Positions 48,191 to 58,525 of a DNA stretch of 64,000 nucleotides are shown one piece after another (positions within the stretch are counted from its first letter, which is position 1; the number at the start of each line of letters is the position of its first letter). Source of the stretch: Clostridiales bacterium (GTDB lineage: Bacteria > Bacillota > Clostridia > Saccharofermentanales > Saccharofermentanaceae); assembly GCA_017513085.1 (NCBI GenBank), contig JAFWDK010000029.1, positions 96,001 to 160,000 of the forward strand, given 5' to 3'. The translations under genes were made by a program, and so were the position numbers. The notes below the pieces were generated by a model. That model was not told the origin of the DNA and searched no databases. It saw only the letters and a list, made by a program, of their open reading frames with translations.

Positions 48191-49423
48191 TTAATAAACA
48201 ATGTAAACCTTGACATCGTACAGAGTCGGGTGATTTCCGGATTCGCCGTCCTCTGCAAAAATATCAATGGTATGGCCGTCCACGCCGTAACCGGTATCTT
48301 CTGCGATGTAGTAGCCATCGCCGCCCAGAGGGTCATTTTCCACGTAAACAGTAGAGCCCAACGGAATGACGTTCGGATCTACTGCGATCGTACGGCCTTC
48401 TGTGCAGATCGTGCCGGTTCTGGTTGTACGGTTATCTGTTCCCGGGCCTGCGTAGTCCGGACCATAGAAGGTGACCTTGAAATCTGCACCGACAAGACGC
48501 ATGGAACCCTTCTCAGGATTGGAAGGCTTCTCTGGTTCAGTCGGCTCAGGTGTCGGTTCTGGCTTCGTCTCCGGAACAGGAGTAGGAGTCGGTGTCGGGA
48601 CCGGTGTCGGATCACGATCCGGTTCCGGCTTGGGAACAGGTGTATTGGTCGGCTCCGGTCTCGGGGTCGGAGTCGGCGTAGCCGGTTTTTCATCAGAACA
48701 AAGGTCGGCGAGTACATAAGTATCGCGGATCGTTCTGTACCAGCCGGTGTTGGTGATCGCTACAACTTCGATCGCATCCCCGGCATGGAGTGTCTTCGTA
48801 ATCGGGTAGTCCGTGCCCGGACCGGAACGGACGTTGACCTCGCCGTTTACATAGAAAGTGCCGCTCATGGGACTCTCTGTCCAGGCGGGCTTCGGAGTAG
48901 GTGTCGGCTTCGGAGTAGGCGTATTTGTCGGCTCCGGTTTTTCTGTCGGTTCAGGTGTCGGCTCGGATGTGGTTTCCGGAACCGTGGTCTCAGAAGAAGT
49001 GGTGGCCTCGGATGTTTCCTCAGAGGACTCGGAAGAGGTGGTCGTGGTAGCATCCGTAGCGCCTACAGCACCTGCAGCTCCCGTGTCTGCGCCTGTCTCC
49101 AGCTTGCTGCCGGTCTTGCTGCTTTTAAATGAGTCACGATCGGCGTCGGCAAGAGAAGGCTCGTCTTCCGCCACTTTCTTGTCCGCTACGGCAGTCTCCG
49201 CAACGGTAGCTGTTGTTTCCAGCTCGGTAGAACCGGCCTTATACTCGATGTTGTTGACCTGGTCGTATTCTTTGTTTTTCTTGCTTCTGGAGCCGCTCAG
49301 AAGAGTATCTGTACCCACTACACAAGAAAACGCGAGCAAGACGATGATGCCGATGCCGACAAAAGTCGAGAAACGGCTTCGTCCTGAATTACCTGTGTTT
49401 TTCGGAAGTCCGATAAACTTCAT
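48191..49423 (-). CDS. SH3 + 3D-domain cell-wall protein
   Basis: TM helix, PT linkers, VNVRSGPG SH3, TIAVDP..IPLGS, AEDTG, IDIF; AAGGAG before ATG 49423. Confidence 0.85.
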   Translation of the reverse strand: MKFIGLPKNTGNSGRSRFSTFVGIGIIVLLAFSCVVGTDTLLSGSRSKKNKEYDQVNNIEYKAGSTELETTATVAETAVADKKVAEDEPSLADADRDSFKSSKTGSKLETGADTGAAGAVGATDATTTTSSESSEETSEATTSSETTVPETTSEPTPEPTEKPEPTNTPTPKPTPTPKPAWTESPMSGTFYVNGEVNVRSGPGTDYPITKTLHAGDAIEVVAITNTGWYRTIRDTYVLADLCSDEKPATPTPTPRPEPTNTPVPKPEPDRDPTPVPTPTPTPVPETKPEPTPEPTEPEKPSNPEKGSMRLVGADFKVTFYGPDYAGPGTDNRTTRTGTICTEGRTIAVDPNVIPLGSTVYVENDPLGGDGYYIAEDTGYGVDGHTIDIFAEDGESGNHPTLYDVKVYIVY

Positions 49424-49615
49424 TCCATTCTCCTTCAAAACTGTATCCCGTGTCAGGGGCTTCCCAAGCACCTGTTTCGGAACAGTATCTGCATGTCTTC
49501 TGCGGCCTGTCTTTGACACAAGGACGCGATAATTACACAGTATTGTACCACAAATCCCTGATTTAGGCAAAAATCAGGGATTTTAGAGGCTTTGGGGAAG
49601 GCATTCCGCGTCCGC

Positions 49616-51382
49616 TCAGGAGACACTTCCACGCTTGGCATCCACGGAAACAGTGGCGCCATCGGTGAGGACTTTGGTACAGTTCTCACAAGAGAGGATG
49701 GCCGGAATATCAAGCGCCATAGCCACCGTCGCAGCATGCGAAGCCGAATCATCGTCCTCAACGATCAGTGCTTTGGCATGCTTGATAAAAGGCATCATTT
49801 TATTGTTGGTGTACGGAGCCACGAGGATGATGCTGTCGTCCTCGGAGAGAGGCGGCTGGGCATCGAGGTGCTCCGGATCTTTGACGATGTAGACGGTGCC
49901 GGTGACCTGGGAGCCCTGCTCATCAGAAGTGGGCTGGCCGTTCCCGTGCACGATGGATTTGCCGAGGGCCTGGACACGGATGGTGTTCGTGGTGCCGCTC
50001 ATGCCGACCGGCGTGCCACCGGTCATAACGACGAGGTCGCCGCTGCTTAAGAAATCACACTGCTGTGCCGCCTGCATGCCGACTTCGAACAATTCGTCGG
50101 TGGTGGCAACTTCCGGAACCAGGATCGGGTAGACGCCCCAGCTCAGGTTCAGCTGACGCTGTACACGAGGGAAGAGCGTACCGGCAACGATCGGGCTGGC
50201 CGGACGGAAACGGGAGATCTGACGGGCAGTGCGTCCGCCATGGGTCACGGTCACGATGGCTTTGGCATTGATATCCATCGCCGTGGTGCAGGTCGCGTGC
50301 GAAATCGCGTTGGCAACAGAAGGCATCATGGACGGCTTGGACTTACTGAACTGATTCCAGTAATCGATCGAAGCTTCGGTCTGTTCCGCGATCTCGACCA
50401 TCATCTTCAAGGCCTCGACCGGATACTTACCATTAGCGGTCTCGCCGGAAAGCATGACCGCGGATGTGCCATCGAAGATCGCGTTGGCGACGTCGGAGAC
50501 CTCCGCACGGGTCGGTCTCGGGTTACGGATCATGGAGTCGAGCATCTGAGTCGCCGTGATGGAAATCTTACCTGCGGAGTGACACTGCTGGATGCAGCGC
50601 TTCTGCACGATCGGGACGTTTGCCGCCGGGATCTCGACGCCGAGGTCACCTCTTGCCACCATGATGCCGTTACTTACTTTCAATATCTCGTCGAAATTCA
50701 GGATGCCCTCGTTATTCTCGATCTTCGCGATGATGTTGATGCCGTGATCACCGTGCTTCTCAAGGATGTGACGGATCTCCTGGACGTCTTTGGCTTTTCG
50801 GACGAAAGACGCCGCGATGAAATCGAACTCGTTCTTGACGGCGAAGAGGATGTCTTCCTTATCTTTTGCGGTCAGTGACGGCAGGCAAAGCTCTACATCC
50901 GGGACATTGACGCTCTTCTTGGTGGAAACCGGGCCGCCGTTGCTGACGGTGCAGTAAATGTCGCCACCCTTGATCTTCTTGACGATCAGCTCGATGAGAC
51001 CATCGTCGATGAGGATACGGGAACCGACCTTGACGTCGTGCGCCAGATCTTTATAAGAAACAGAGAACTCCTTGTCGGTACCGATGACGTCCTTTTCAAC
51101 GATCACCACTTCCGAACCTTCTACAAAGTTGGTCTTGCCGCCCTCAAATTCACCCGTCCGGATCTCCGGTCCTTTGGTGTCGAGGAGAAGTGCGACCGGA
51201 AGATTGAGTTCTTCACGGATCCTCTTCACACGGTCGATACGTTGCTGGTGCTCTTCGTAAGAACCATGGGAGAAGTTCAGTCTGGCCACGTTCATGCCGG
51301 CAAGCATGAGCTCGCGGATGATGTCGTCAGAGTCCGCTGCCGGACCGAGAGTACAGATTATTTTTGTTTTTCGCATACACAT
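49616..51382 (-). CDS. pyk: Pyruvate kinase with a C-terminal PEP-utilizer domain
   Basis: RKTKIICTLGP, DTKGPEIR, MVARGDLGVE, MLSGETA. Confidence 0.97.
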   Translation of the reverse strand: MCMRKTKIICTLGPAADSDDIIRELMLAGMNVARLNFSHGSYEEHQQRIDRVKRIREELNLPVALLLDTKGPEIRTGEFEGGKTNFVEGSEVVIVEKDVIGTDKEFSVSYKDLAHDVKVGSRILIDDGLIELIVKKIKGGDIYCTVSNGGPVSTKKSVNVPDVELCLPSLTAKDKEDILFAVKNEFDFIAASFVRKAKDVQEIRHILEKHGDHGINIIAKIENNEGILNFDEILKVSNGIMVARGDLGVEIPAANVPIVQKRCIQQCHSAGKISITATQMLDSMIRNPRPTRAEVSDVANAIFDGTSAVMLSGETANGKYPVEALKMMVEIAEQTEASIDYWNQFSKSKPSMMPSVANAISHATCTTAMDINAKAIVTVTHGGRTARQISRFRPASPIVAGTLFPRVQRQLNLSWGVYPILVPEVATTDELFEVGMQAAQQCDFLSSGDLVVMTGGTPVGMSGTTNTIRVQALGKSIVHGNGQPTSDEQGSQVTGTVYIVKDPEHLDAQPPLSEDDSIILVAPYTNNKMMPFIKHAKALIVEDDDSASHAATVAMALDIPAILSCENCTKVLTDGATVSVDAKRGSVS

Positions 51383-51519
51383 ATTTATCTCCTTATTTGC
51401 ATCGAGTGGCCATTAGTTAGAAACGATCACTCGGTCATGAACCAATTTTCGTCCCATATAATGTACCACTCGATTGAAGTCAATTCCACAGAATGTGTGT
51501 TGTGCGATTTGTCAAAATA

Positions 51520-53988
51520 TTAATGGTCTCTGCTCTTCAGAATATCTGTTGATTTTGCCTGAATGATCCTGCAAGCTTCGTCAAGGTTTGTCCAGTCATT
51601 AAAGTATCTGTTGGCTTCCTCGACTATGACCGATGTGATTTGACCGTCGAGCTGATAGGAGTTGTCGATCGTCTCGATCAGAGTGGCCAGAGCTCCATTT
51701 GTCTCCTTGGTGAGCAGGGCAGGCTCGCGGACGAAGAAGTCCGGGAACTCTTTATACTCAGCATAAATGCTTTCACTATGCTTGATCTGCGGCTCGGCGA
51801 TTTTTTCAAAAGCACTTCTGTTGACAGGTAATGTGAAGGATGCTTCACTCAGAGCTGTCTGGGGTTCTTCATTGAGAAAATAGCGGATGAATTCCCAAGC
51901 CAGATCCGGATCAGAGGCGCACTTGGTGATGGACATGGTCGTTTCTCCGACAGCAATCATGCCCTTTCCATCAGCGGAAGGATAACCGGCAAAAACCGTA
52001 TTTTCGTCTGCTAGGTTACCATAGTCTTCCAGCGTCCCGATCCTCGTCTTCAGCATGGCCACTTTGCCTAACAAAAACTGCTGTTCTTCTGATACAAATC
52101 TGCCACCTATGCTATTGGATCCGCTGCCGGCTTTTGAAGCGGCTTTTTTAGTATTATTCACCATTTCGACAAGCGCTCTGAATTTGTCGCCGACGAAGTC
52201 AGATGTGCCTTTTTCATAATCGATAAACTCCGGAGTCGAAGCTGTCAGGCAGAACGAAAGCAGTTCCGAGCTGTCGAACTGAGGAGTAACCCCCATGTCG
52301 GCCGGCAGAGAGTTGATGACCTTATTAAAATCATCGAATGTCCATTTCTCTTTGACGTTCGCTAATGTGCCGTTCACAGCGATGCCGCGGAGCGAGAAGG
52401 TGAGTGGCATCGAAAACAGTTTTCCGTCTTTTTCAAAAGCACTGAAAATGTTATAGAAGTAGTCTTCTTTTTTGATGTTGCCATCAGATTCCAGATATGG
52501 TTTCAGGTCAAGAAGGTATTCGTCATTATTGAATTCGGCGAGATTGGAATAACCGGCCAGGATGTCCGGTGCGGTTCCTTGATGCATCTGTTCGATCACA
52601 TCTCTTCCTGATTTACCGAGGTACTGGATGAGAACTTCATCCGGCCAGCCAATCACGGAATTGTTCGTTAAGGTACATACCTCGATATACGCGCTGCTCG
52701 AAGGATCTGCGTTATACGCCATGACTTTCTCGATAAGATACGGATCACTGCCGGAATATACGCCAAGCTTCAGGATCGCTTTTCCGTTGTTCGGATTCGT
52801 ATCGGAACGGGTGAGCTTTACGATCGACATCTTGTTGGATAAAGAACAATAGCATTCTGATTGGGCGTTTGGGTCGCTCGGGTCAACGTCCGATTCCACA
52901 GAGATGAAGATCATCGAATCATCAGAAAGGATCTGACCGGCTTTTAGAGTCGCGAAGTTAATGCCGGCACTTGCCGGGGAAAGGATCAGTGTGGATTCTC
53001 CTTTCTCGACGTTGTACTGTGACACGCCGCCTTCATGAAAGATAAGACAATTCGTATTATTCGCAAGGTCAGGCGCTACACTGTCGTTTACCTTATAGAC
53101 TTCTTTGAGTTCTCCGGTGTTTATGTCCAGTTCCTGGAGCGCAGAAATGTTATAAGTCGGAAGAGCCATATGCGAGACATACCATTTGCCGTCCGAGTAA
53201 TTCATATAAGCACTGATCGTCTCGTCTGATATCTTTTTGATCAGCTTTCCTTCGGAATCGAAAAGAAACAGATTACCCTCGGTCGCGATAGCGAGATTGC
53301 CGTTTTCCAGCGGATAAGCCTGCATAGAGTAGATCGTCTCGTGGTAGTCATATTGAATATCGCGAACCTTCTCTCCTGCAGAAGTGATCACGAAAAACTT
53401 CGGTGTGGATTTACAATCGTCATAGTTGAACTTGTCGGCAACGATCAAGATATCGCCATTGCTCATTGCAAAAGCACGCTGGAATTCGCAGTTTTCTTCC
53501 ATAGGGATCGTGGCAAGATTCTTGCCGCTAAGATCGAAAAGCTGCAAGCTGTAATACTCTCCTTCGTCGAAAAGGAGGTAGTTGTTTTTTAACAGCTCAT
53601 CCGCGTCATCTTCGTCTTTCAGGGTTACTTTGACATTGGCAAGGATTCGGTCGCCTACGATCGAGACCGTGGTAAATCCCTGTGTTGCAAACTCTACGCC
53701 GGCAACCGGTTCGAGTTTCAGTTCTTCAGTTTGCGCATCAAAATACGCTATGTCAGACGTTACCTTCCGGGAAGGATTCGTTTTTAAAGTTTGCGGCTCG
53801 TTTTTCTTCGTATCACTTTCGTGGTCCGCATCGTCCTTATCGTCGTCGTCTGCATCGTCCGCTTTCTCGCTTTTTTCCGTTTCTTTAGTTTCCTTTGAAT
53901 CTTCATGGCTCTTTCTGCACGCGGTCACAGGCAGGATCATACCCGTTGCAACTGCCACAGCAAGTAAGTTTCGAATCATCTTCTTCAT
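51520..53988 (-). CDS. Extracellular solute-binding lipoprotein
   Basis: Lipobox VTAC, APDIL, LLDL, KWTFDDF, AWEFIRYFL; GGAGG before ATG 53988. Confidence 0.8.
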   Translation of the reverse strand: MKKMIRNLLAVAVATGMILPVTACRKSHEDSKETKETEKSEKADDADDDDKDDADHESDTKKNEPQTLKTNPSRKVTSDIAYFDAQTEELKLEPVAGVEFATQGFTTVSIVGDRILANVKVTLKDEDDADELLKNNYLLFDEGEYYSLQLFDLSGKNLATIPMEENCEFQRAFAMSNGDILIVADKFNYDDCKSTPKFFVITSAGEKVRDIQYDYHETIYSMQAYPLENGNLAIATEGNLFLFDSEGKLIKKISDETISAYMNYSDGKWYVSHMALPTYNISALQELDINTGELKEVYKVNDSVAPDLANNTNCLIFHEGGVSQYNVEKGESTLILSPASAGINFATLKAGQILSDDSMIFISVESDVDPSDPNAQSECYCSLSNKMSIVKLTRSDTNPNNGKAILKLGVYSGSDPYLIEKVMAYNADPSSSAYIEVCTLTNNSVIGWPDEVLIQYLGKSGRDVIEQMHQGTAPDILAGYSNLAEFNNDEYLLDLKPYLESDGNIKKEDYFYNIFSAFEKDGKLFSMPLTFSLRGIAVNGTLANVKEKWTFDDFNKVINSLPADMGVTPQFDSSELLSFCLTASTPEFIDYEKGTSDFVGDKFRALVEMVNNTKKAASKAGSGSNSIGGRFVSEEQQFLLGKVAMLKTRIGTLEDYGNLADENTVFAGYPSADGKGMIAVGETTMSITKCASDPDLAWEFIRYFLNEEPQTALSEASFTLPVNRSAFEKIAEPQIKHSESIYAEYKEFPDFFVREPALLTKETNGALATLIETIDNSYQLDGQITSVIVEEANRYFNDWTNLDEACRIIQAKSTDILKSRDH

Positions 53989-54325
53989 GGTCAACCTCCA
54001 AGTGTCGTAGATCGTCATTGTGTTTTCATATTAATTATTCATGATAATTTGCGATTTTGGGTGAGTTTTTTGTCACGAAAAGCACTGCCATACATTTTTT
54101 TCCCGTGAAGTCTTCATCCTCCAAAGTCCGATGTTGCTGTGATTCAGGACGTTCGAAAGAGTTAGGTTTTTAGGCTTCAGTAAAAACGCCAAGCCGGGGC
54201 TTGTGAAAGTAAAGGAATTTGTACAAAAAATCTTTCGCAAAACAGATGACATCCATGCGCGCTTGCGTTATGATGAGGCGGTAATGAAAATCATTTGATC
54301 TGAAGAGAGTATTTTTTTCCGGGAT

Positions 54326-54447
54326 CACTTGTGGACGATGTGGCAATCGTCCGTCACAGAGCTTCGGCAACGGTGGGGTGGCGCCCATGAAAACGTTGCA
54401 GGAAAAGACCGGGCGGCACCCGGTCAGAGAAGAAACTCTTACAAGTG
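54326..54447 (+). ncRNA. Candidate structured leader RNA upstream of pflB
   Basis: Closing stem CACTTGT/ACAAGTG enclosing three hairpins, each with GYGGCR at its apex. Confidence 0.4.
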
Positions 54448-54571
54448 CTTTTGGAGGAGGAGAAAACGGAAGACGGAAGGTTTTCATGCAAGGCTTTTTA
54501 AGATGAATGATTCGGGAGAGGGTCCGACTAAGGATGCTCCGCAGAAAGGTTCGCGAGGGAGGATTATTGCA

Positions 54572-56785
54572 ATGGCATTTGTACCTGGAAAATGGTCTGA
54601 GGACATCCATGTCCGTGACTTTATCAACAAGAATTACACTCCGTACGATGGAGACGAGTCGTTTCTGGCGGGACCGACACAGGCCACGCTGGATCTCTGG
54701 GATAAGATCCTGGAGCTCCGTAAAAAAGAGAAGGAGAACGGCGGCGTTCTCGACATCGACGAGCACACTATATCCACTATTACTTCCCATGCCCCGGGAT
54801 ATATCGACAAAGACAAAGAAAAGATCGTCGGACTTCAGACCGATGCTCCGCTTAAGCGCGCGATCATGCCGTTTGGCGGTATCCGCATGGTCAGATCCTC
54901 GCTCGATGCTTACGCAAGAGAGATGGATCCGGAGGTCGAGCATGTCTTCCAATATAGAAAAACACATAACGACGGCGTTTTTGACGCCTACACACCGGAG
55001 ATGCAGCGCGCGCGTCACTGCGGCATCCTGACCGGTCTTCCGGACGCTTACGGCCGCGGACGTATCATCGGCGACTACCGCCGTATCCCGCTTTACGGTA
55101 CGGCTTTCCTGATCGCGCAGAAGAGAAAAGCGAAGGACCAGATCCTTTCGGACGTCATGGACGTGGAGACGATCCAGCAGAGAGAAGAGATCTCCGAGCA
55201 GGTCAAGAGTTTGTACGAACTGACTAAGATGGCGCAGAGCTACGGCTTCGACATCTCCCGCGCGGCAAGAAACTTCACCGAGGCGGTTCAGTGGCTCTAC
55301 TTCGGCTACCTCGGCGTCGTGAAAGAGCAGAACGGTGCGGCCATGTCCCTCGGACGTGTGTCCACTTTCCTCGATATCTACGCGGAAGAAGAACTGAAGA
55401 ACGGCACGATGACCGAGTCCGAGATCCAGGAAGTTGTCGATCACTTTATCATGAAGCTTCGTATTGTCCGCTTTTTGCGTACTCCGGCGTACGACGAGCT
55501 TTTCTCCGGCGACCCGACATGGATCACCGAGTCCATCGGCGGTATCGGTCTCGACGGCCGCCACATGGTCACCAAGATGAGCTACCGTTTCCTGCATACT
55601 CTCGAGAACATCGGATCCGCACCGGAGCCGAACATGACGATCCTCTGGAGTCCGAACCTTCCGGAGAACTTCAAGAAGTACTGCGCGAAGATCTCCATCA
55701 ACACGTCCTCCATCCAGTATGAGAGCGACGAGCTGATGCGTGAGAAGTTCGGCGATGACTACGCAATCGCATGCTGTGTTTCCGCCATGCGTGTCGGCAA
55801 GCAGATGCAGTTCTTCGGTGCCCGCGCCAATCTGGCAAAAGCACTTCTCTATTCGATCAATGGTGGTCGTGATGAGAAGACGGGGGATCAGGTCGGTCCG
55901 GTAAGAAATCCGATCACTTCCGAATACCTTGACTACGACGAAGTCATGGCGCGTTTCGACGAGACCTGCGCATGGCTTTCAAAACTGTATATCAATACTT
56001 TGAACGTTATCCACTACATGCATGACAAGTACTGCTACGAGAGATTGGAGATGGCGCTTCACGACGAGAAGATCGACCGCACCATGGCTTGCGGTCTGTC
56101 CGGTCTTTCCGTTATCGCTGACAGCCTTTCCGCAATCAAGTACGCGAAGGTAAAACCGATCCGTAATGAACAGGGTCTGGCTGTGGACTTCGAGATCACA
56201 GGTGACTACCCGCAATATGGTAACGACAACCCGAAGGTTGACCGTATCGCTGCAGAGGTCGTCCGCAAGTTCATGAAGCATCTTTCTAAGCACAAGTGCT
56301 ATCGTAACGCCCGTCCGACGCAGTCGATCCTGACGATCACATCCAACGTCGTTTACGGTAAGAAGACCGGTTCCACACCAGACGGACGTAAGGCCGGCGA
56401 GCCTTTTGCACCAGGCGCCAACCCGATGCACGGCCGTGATCGTTCCGGCGCAGTTGCATCCATGAGATCGGTCGCGAACCTTCAGTACGACTACAGTGAA
56501 GATGGTATTTCCTACACCTTCTCGATCCTGCCGTCCACACTCGGCAAGACACTCGAAGAACAGCAGGTCAACCTCTACAATCTCCTCGACGGCTACTTCA
56601 CCGACGGCGGCCACCACATCAACGTCAACGTTATCCTGAGAAAGACCTTGCTCGACGCGATGGATCACCCGGAAAAATACCCGCAGCTCACCATCCGTGT
56701 CTCCGGCTACGCGGTCAACTTCACGACCCTCACCCACGAACAGCAGCTCGAAGTAGTGAGAAGAACGGTTCACTCGAAAATGTGA
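54572..56785 (+). CDS. pflB: Pyruvate formate-lyase
   Basis: IACCVS active-site cysteines, RVSGY glycyl radical motif; GGAGG before ATG 54572. Confidence 0.97.
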   Translation: MAFVPGKWSEDIHVRDFINKNYTPYDGDESFLAGPTQATLDLWDKILELRKKEKENGGVLDIDEHTISTITSHAPGYIDKDKEKIVGLQTDAPLKRAIMPFGGIRMVRSSLDAYAREMDPEVEHVFQYRKTHNDGVFDAYTPEMQRARHCGILTGLPDAYGRGRIIGDYRRIPLYGTAFLIAQKRKAKDQILSDVMDVETIQQREEISEQVKSLYELTKMAQSYGFDISRAARNFTEAVQWLYFGYLGVVKEQNGAAMSLGRVSTFLDIYAEEELKNGTMTESEIQEVVDHFIMKLRIVRFLRTPAYDELFSGDPTWITESIGGIGLDGRHMVTKMSYRFLHTLENIGSAPEPNMTILWSPNLPENFKKYCAKISINTSSIQYESDELMREKFGDDYAIACCVSAMRVGKQMQFFGARANLAKALLYSINGGRDEKTGDQVGPVRNPITSEYLDYDEVMARFDETCAWLSKLYINTLNVIHYMHDKYCYERLEMALHDEKIDRTMACGLSGLSVIADSLSAIKYAKVKPIRNEQGLAVDFEITGDYPQYGNDNPKVDRIAAEVVRKFMKHLSKHKCYRNARPTQSILTITSNVVYGKKTGSTPDGRKAGEPFAPGANPMHGRDRSGAVASMRSVANLQYDYSEDGISYTFSILPSTLGKTLEEQQVNLYNLLDGYFTDGGHHINVNVILRKTLLDAMDHPEKYPQLTIRVSGYAVNFTTLTHEQQLEVVRRTVHSKM

Positions 56786-56788
56786 TTC

Positions 56789-57015
56789 TTCGCGGATTTC
56801 TTTCCGCCGCTGGTCCTCCGCGCTTCGCTTGTGCGGAATCGCGTCGAAAATGAAATCCGCGAACAATCAAGTTCCGAAAGACGACTAGGATAGCGGCTTC
56901 TCGGAAGAACGTTTAATGTTTTCAGCACGCTCCTCATATGCGGAAATATTGAGGAGCGTTTCCGCAGGCGCGAAGCGCCGAGGACTTAGCGACGAGATAT
57001 TTCCGCATATGAGGA
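56789..57015. repeat. Two REP-like hairpin repeats (56789-56863, 56931-57015) between pflB and pflA
   Basis: Perfect 12-bp and 19-bp terminal IRs around a core related to the 45741 and 58403 repeats. Confidence 0.7.
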
Positions 57016-57047
57016 CCAGCGAAGAGATACTTCGCGTGATGAGTATT

Positions 57048-57812
57048 ATGACAGATTCTGTAAAAGGTTACGTACACTCTATCGAAACTCTTGGCGCCGT
57101 GGATGGTCCGGGGCTTCGTTTTGTTGTCTTTTTGCAGGGTTGTCCGCTTCGTTGCAAGTTCTGCCATAACCCGGATACATGGCGTTTCGAGGGCGGGGAA
57201 GAAGTGACGGTGGGAGAGCAGGTGAAGCAGATCCTGCGGTACCGTTCGTATATTAAGTCGGGCGGCGTGACGATCTCCGGCGGGGAACCGCTCCGGCAGG
57301 CGGAGTTCTGTCTTGCGATGATCCGCGCACTGCACGAAGAGGGGATCCATGTTGCCATCGACACGTCCGGAATCTATTGCGAGGGCGTGGCGCTTCAAGC
57401 CGCGATGGAAGCAGACCTGCTGCTTCTGGATATCAAGTCTTTTGATGCCGATAAGGCAAAAGCACTTACCGGGTTTTCGACCGATCATGCCTGGCGTTTG
57501 TTAGGTGAACGTGAAGCGGCCGGAAAAACGGTATGGATCCGGCACGTTTTGGTGCCCGGATATACATTGATCGACAAAGATGCGCAAGGAAAAATCTTTG
57601 AAGAGGAAGAGGCGTGGAAAAAGGCGAACGCTGAACTGCTCGAGGGGATCCGCAGGCTGAAAAAATACGCTTGCGTTGAGCGGATCGATCTACTGCCGTT
57701 CCATAAAATGGGAGAGTTCAAGTACGAGGAGTTGCATCTGCCTTACGAATTGAAAGAGACCGAAGAGCCTGATGAGAAAGTGATCGAGTGGGCCGAAGCT
57801 GCGGCGCGCTGA
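57048..57812 (+). CDS. pflA: Pyruvate formate-lyase activating enzyme
   Basis: HSIETLGAVDGPG, CPLRCKFCHNPD, ISGGEP. Confidence 0.95.
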   Translation: MTDSVKGYVHSIETLGAVDGPGLRFVVFLQGCPLRCKFCHNPDTWRFEGGEEVTVGEQVKQILRYRSYIKSGGVTISGGEPLRQAEFCLAMIRALHEEGIHVAIDTSGIYCEGVALQAAMEADLLLLDIKSFDADKAKALTGFSTDHAWRLLGEREAAGKTVWIRHVLVPGYTLIDKDAQGKIFEEEEAWKKANAELLEGIRRLKKYACVERIDLLPFHKMGEFKYEELHLPYELKETEEPDEKVIEWAEAAAR

Positions 57813-57998
57813 GACGAAGGCGCCGCACGCTGAGCTAGCCCTGGGAACTCGAAAGTGACGCGCCGAGCAGACGCCGGGAGGCGCTGGAATCCGTGGGGAT
57901 ACAAGATCGAGGGGTCCGATTATCATAGGAGTTGGTATCGATCATGACCACTACAGCTAGGATGAATGAAACGCGGGTTTTAGGCCGTAATGCCCGGA

Positions 57999-58300
57999 GT
58001 GGTTAGCTATGGGTAACTGCGCTGTTTACGGTCAAAAACACAAAAAGTGATGATTCTGACCGTAAAATCAAGCGTTTTTCGATGGGATTTACGGTCAGAA
58101 ATGAGGAAATCGATGATTTAGCCCGTAAATATCAAGGAAAAAATTCAAAAAACGGTTTTTTTTTACGGGCTAAATTGAGCAAATCGATGAGTCTGACCGT
58201 AGACACGGCAGTTAGTTTGGACTAACTGCCGCGTTTGCTGCTGAGACTTCCGATTTTGAACATTTTACCAGTAAACCATGTGGTTAGACCAACTAACCGC
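57999..58300. repeat. Cluster of palindromic repeats (three 42-bp TTTACGG...CCGTA units, three GTTAG...TAAC hairpins)
   Basis: Units at 58025, 58088, 58162; hairpins at 57999, 58206, 58280. Confidence 0.75.
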
Positions 58301-58402
58301 ACCGTTCTTTATGAGTGAATCATGTGCCGCCGGGGTCGATCGGACACTCCCCACCTTGTATCCAGCTGATCACAGCAGCAAAACTGCACTTCACTTCCAC
58401 GC

Positions 58403-58481
58403 AAGCAGAACTGTTTCTGAGGAGCGATTACGCAAGCGTGCGTAGCACGCCGAGTACCAGCGACGAAGAAACAGTTCTGCG
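58403..58481. repeat. 79-bp palindromic dispersed repeat (REP-like)
   Basis: Inverted copy of 45741-45819; flanked by the 17-bp direct repeat CTTGTATCCAGCTGATC (58355, 58490). Confidence 0.85.
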
Positions 58482-58525
58482 TTTCCGATCTTGTATCCAG
58501 CTGATCCCATCCCCCGCGGCGCAGC

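Noticed and set aside
49424-49560. c-di-AMP (ydaO) riboswitch before the 3D-domain gene
   Set aside because: Expected from context, but the conserved GCTGAA / GGGGTGAA / CAGCTAAC blocks are not visible
54300-54571. ZTP (pfl) or glycine riboswitch upstream of pflB
   Set aside because: No GCCTGGGC-type 3' hairpin for ZTP; GGGAGAG near 54514 resembles a glycine aptamer start but the CTCTCAGG-type end is missing
58025-58203. CRISPR array
   Set aside because: Only three imperfect 42-bp units with 21- and 32-bp gaps and no cas genes; better explained as palindromic repeats
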